A stretch of 64,000 bases of DNA, taken from assembly GCA_965214835.1 (NCBI GenBank), contig CBDCCK010000002.1, positions 2,656,001-2,720,000 of the forward strand, in the 5' to 3' direction. This DNA is from Nitrosopumilaceae archaeon (lineage in GTDB: Archaea; Thermoproteota; Nitrososphaeria; Nitrososphaerales; Nitrosopumilaceae). Position numbers and translations under genes: made by a program. Of the stretch, positions 61,776 through 64,000 are shown one piece after another (the stretch's first letter is position 1; each line of letters opens with the position of its first letter). Under the pieces are notes generated by a model. It saw only the letters and a program-made list of their open reading frames with translations, ran no database searches and was not told the DNA's origin.

Positions 61776-62879
61776 TCACGCTCCCTGATTTTGAACAATG
61801 TCATTCCAGCGTTGTCTATGTTCGAACTTTACTGACTCATCCTTTTCTATCAGACGCACATAATTATGCACAAAGTCGTCGGGTGTTTTTAATAGACGAA
61901 GATAGTATTTCAGGGTGTTCATGACCCCGTTTACAATAACCTGACATCCATGAATCTGACTGATTTTTACAACTTCGGCAGTTATCTCTTCACTGTTCTG
62001 ATCCTGCTCATCCGTGGTCAATAGATAGTACCGTTTGATTGGCTCTGATTTGAATTTCATATGTGCTTCTCTTACCAAAGAAGGCGTTATTCTAATCCGA
62101 TGTTTCACCTCTACGGCCTCAAAAATTTTGGATTGCTCGTCTGCAACCTCAATGTCTCCAGTTGCACCAGAACGCCTGTCTGGTGATGTGTGTGATTCGA
62201 GTTGTTTTAGGACATGTTTTCTATATCGCCCCACCTCGGAAATCATCTGTTGATATGCAGCGTATATCGCCAACACCGGTAGTCTGGAACCTCCTGCACT
62301 GCTATACTGAGACATGAAATGCTTATTTAGATATGACATGATTGTCCTGATTGGCAGGTCTACGGGTTTGGCTAGTCTGAGTTTGGTATTTTCATCTCGT
62401 TGTTTGATTAATCCACTCAACAAATATGTTAGCAGTTCTATGGGGGATTCATCGTGGTTTTGCACCCTGTCCAACGTGCACAAGAATGCCTGCTTTAGTT
62501 TATGTGGAGTGACACTGCCTTTGTAATCCAATGTGTATGGTTGATTCTGTTCCAAGGATCGTGTAAGCCATCCGGACTCCGACATGGCTGGAAACTGATT
62601 GGCCTTGAGAAACGGGGTGACTGTCTTGGTATCAAGGGTTCTTCCTGAATATCCACCATCAAGCCCACTCTGATGACGCCGGATGTCTTGTTGCGGGTCT
62701 ACCGCCTTCTTTGTCAGCGATGTCACTGTTACTGCCAAAACCGCCTTCTTTTTTTCACTGTTTGAAATAATGACATCTAGGTGTTTTTTTACGTCATCAC
62801 CACATACTGGCACATGCACACCGGCCTCCTTGAGGCACTTTTTTAATATTTTCAGACAGTGGTGATGTTCTACATTCAT
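61776..62879 (-). CDS. Putative type II restriction endonuclease (PD-(D/E)XK)
   Basis: GDIEV...FEAVEVK catalytic pattern. ATGA overlap with the methyltransferase stop. Confidence 0.8.
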   Translation of the reverse strand: MNVEHHHCLKILKKCLKEAGVHVPVCGDDVKKHLDVIISNSEKKKAVLAVTVTSLTKKAVDPQQDIRRHQSGLDGGYSGRTLDTKTVTPFLKANQFPAMSESGWLTRSLEQNQPYTLDYKGSVTPHKLKQAFLCTLDRVQNHDESPIELLTYLLSGLIKQRDENTKLRLAKPVDLPIRTIMSYLNKHFMSQYSSAGGSRLPVLAIYAAYQQMISEVGRYRKHVLKQLESHTSPDRRSGATGDIEVADEQSKIFEAVEVKHRIRITPSLVREAHMKFKSEPIKRYYLLTTDEQDQNSEEITAEVVKISQIHGCQVIVNGVMNTLKYYLRLLKTPDDFVHNYVRLIEKDESVKFEHRQRWNDIVQNQGA

Positions 62880-63905
62880 ATTTCATCAACCAATTCAATA
62901 CGTTTGGCGGCCATATCACAAAATTCGGGATTTATATCAATGCCTATAAACTGCCTGCCTGTCTTTTTGGCAACCACTCCCGTAGTGCCGCTTCCTATGT
63001 ATGGATCAAGGATTATGGTCTTGTTGGGGGGGGGGTGTGAGGAGATGGATCATCTCCGATATTACGACCTCTGGATATATGGCAGGATGTTTGTTCCATC
63101 TGAGGCTTTCTACACTACTGGTTATCGTATCCCGCTTTAGAGGATTTCCAGACATCCGGATTATTGTAAATCCGTTCTTGTCAAGCTGAATCTTTCTGCC
63201 ACCATTTTGTCCGCCGAATGCAGGTGCGTGTATGCCGCGTATCTTCATTCTAAATCCTGTTATTGTGCCGTCCTTCACTTCCTTGACGGCCTTGTTTAAC
63301 TCTCTTACCGCCTTTCTTTTTTCGGATGCGGTAAGCTCCGAATCCCTGATCATTGTTCTGTATCTGTTACCAATCGTCGTGTTTTTGGTGGGTGGCAGGC
63401 TGTCGTCGTCTTTACGGACCTGAAATGCATCTATGTCATAGTAGTAATCGGATGATTTTACGAAGTGGAAGAATGGCTCAGTACTGCTTACAAGGCGCCT
63501 TTTGAACTGTCTAGGTGTGGGATTCTTTTTGATCCAAGTTATATCATTTACCAGTTTTACATTTTTTACATTCATGGCTTGGATTGCAAATTTGTAAGGG
63601 ATCAGCATTAAAGAACCGTTTTCATATTTGTCACCCATGTTGAAGACAACGCTACCGCACCTCTTTGTAATTCTCACACATTCACGGAACACATCCATGA
63701 CCGCATCGATATAGTCTTCCACGTGTTTTTCACCACCCACCTCACAGCCAGCGTATTCCCGTTGCCGAAAGTAGGGGGGTGACGTGATAACCAAATCTAT
63801 CGAATCATCTGGAATCTGTTTTAGAATCCTAGCACTGTCGCCACACTGGATTGTGTTTATGAACGGGATCATTGTTTTCGGGGTGTTTTTTGTAGCAGAC
63901 ATCAT
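62876..63905 (-). pseudogene. Beta-class N4-cytosine/N6-adenine DNA methyltransferase, frameshifted at G10 (63026-63035)
   Basis: TSPPY and HPAIYP are in frame. The SAM-binding motif [10 protein letters not shown]...FIGIDIN lies in another frame after the homopolymer. Confidence 0.88.
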
Positions 63906-64000
63906 GTTCCACGTTGGATTTTTTTTGTAATTACTTCAAGTTCTTTTGTAATGTTGGCTTTCTGTTTGGTAAGATCGTTTTTTTTGCATTGCAGGATTTT

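Noticed and set aside
61550-61804. Small CxxC ORF as a third R-M component
   Set aside because: Only one CxxC and no HTH typical of controller proteins. Insufficient support.

Overview
This 64-kb window comes from a thaumarchaeal (Nitrosopumilaceae-like) genome, inferred from protein sequences and gene order. The heavy IS/MITE load, pseudogenised glycosylation genes and large secreted repeat proteins suggest a host-associated lineage such as a sponge symbiont (inference). The left and middle parts carry core genes: purC, purS-purQ-purL-purF-ahcY, purP, tatC-tatA, ubiX, a CBS-TrkH transporter and tRNA-Gly(CCC). They are interspersed with mobile elements: two single-ORF IS66 types (5 copies plus a relic), IS110/IS1111, IS5 (IS903-like and ISL2-like), ISH3, two IS630 types, IS3 ends and at least four MITE families. 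The right third is an accessory/defence region with an AbiE-like pair, an AAA/DUF4143 ATPase, a 1551-aa surface protein with a neprosin-like head, and a type II R-M locus whose methyltransferase is frameshifted at a G10 tract. The most unusual observations are (1) a non-canonical tRNA-like gene (AAG anticodon, short variable loop) split by two MITEs at one site and partly duplicated upstream, (2) an IS630 with ~165-200-bp terminal inverted repeats that copy its own coding start, plus a TG rather than TA target duplication, (3) an archaeal IS110/IS1111 element with non-coding ends that could encode a bridge/seek RNA, and (4) a potentially phase-variable R-M switch. All family assignments are by motif recognition, not database search.
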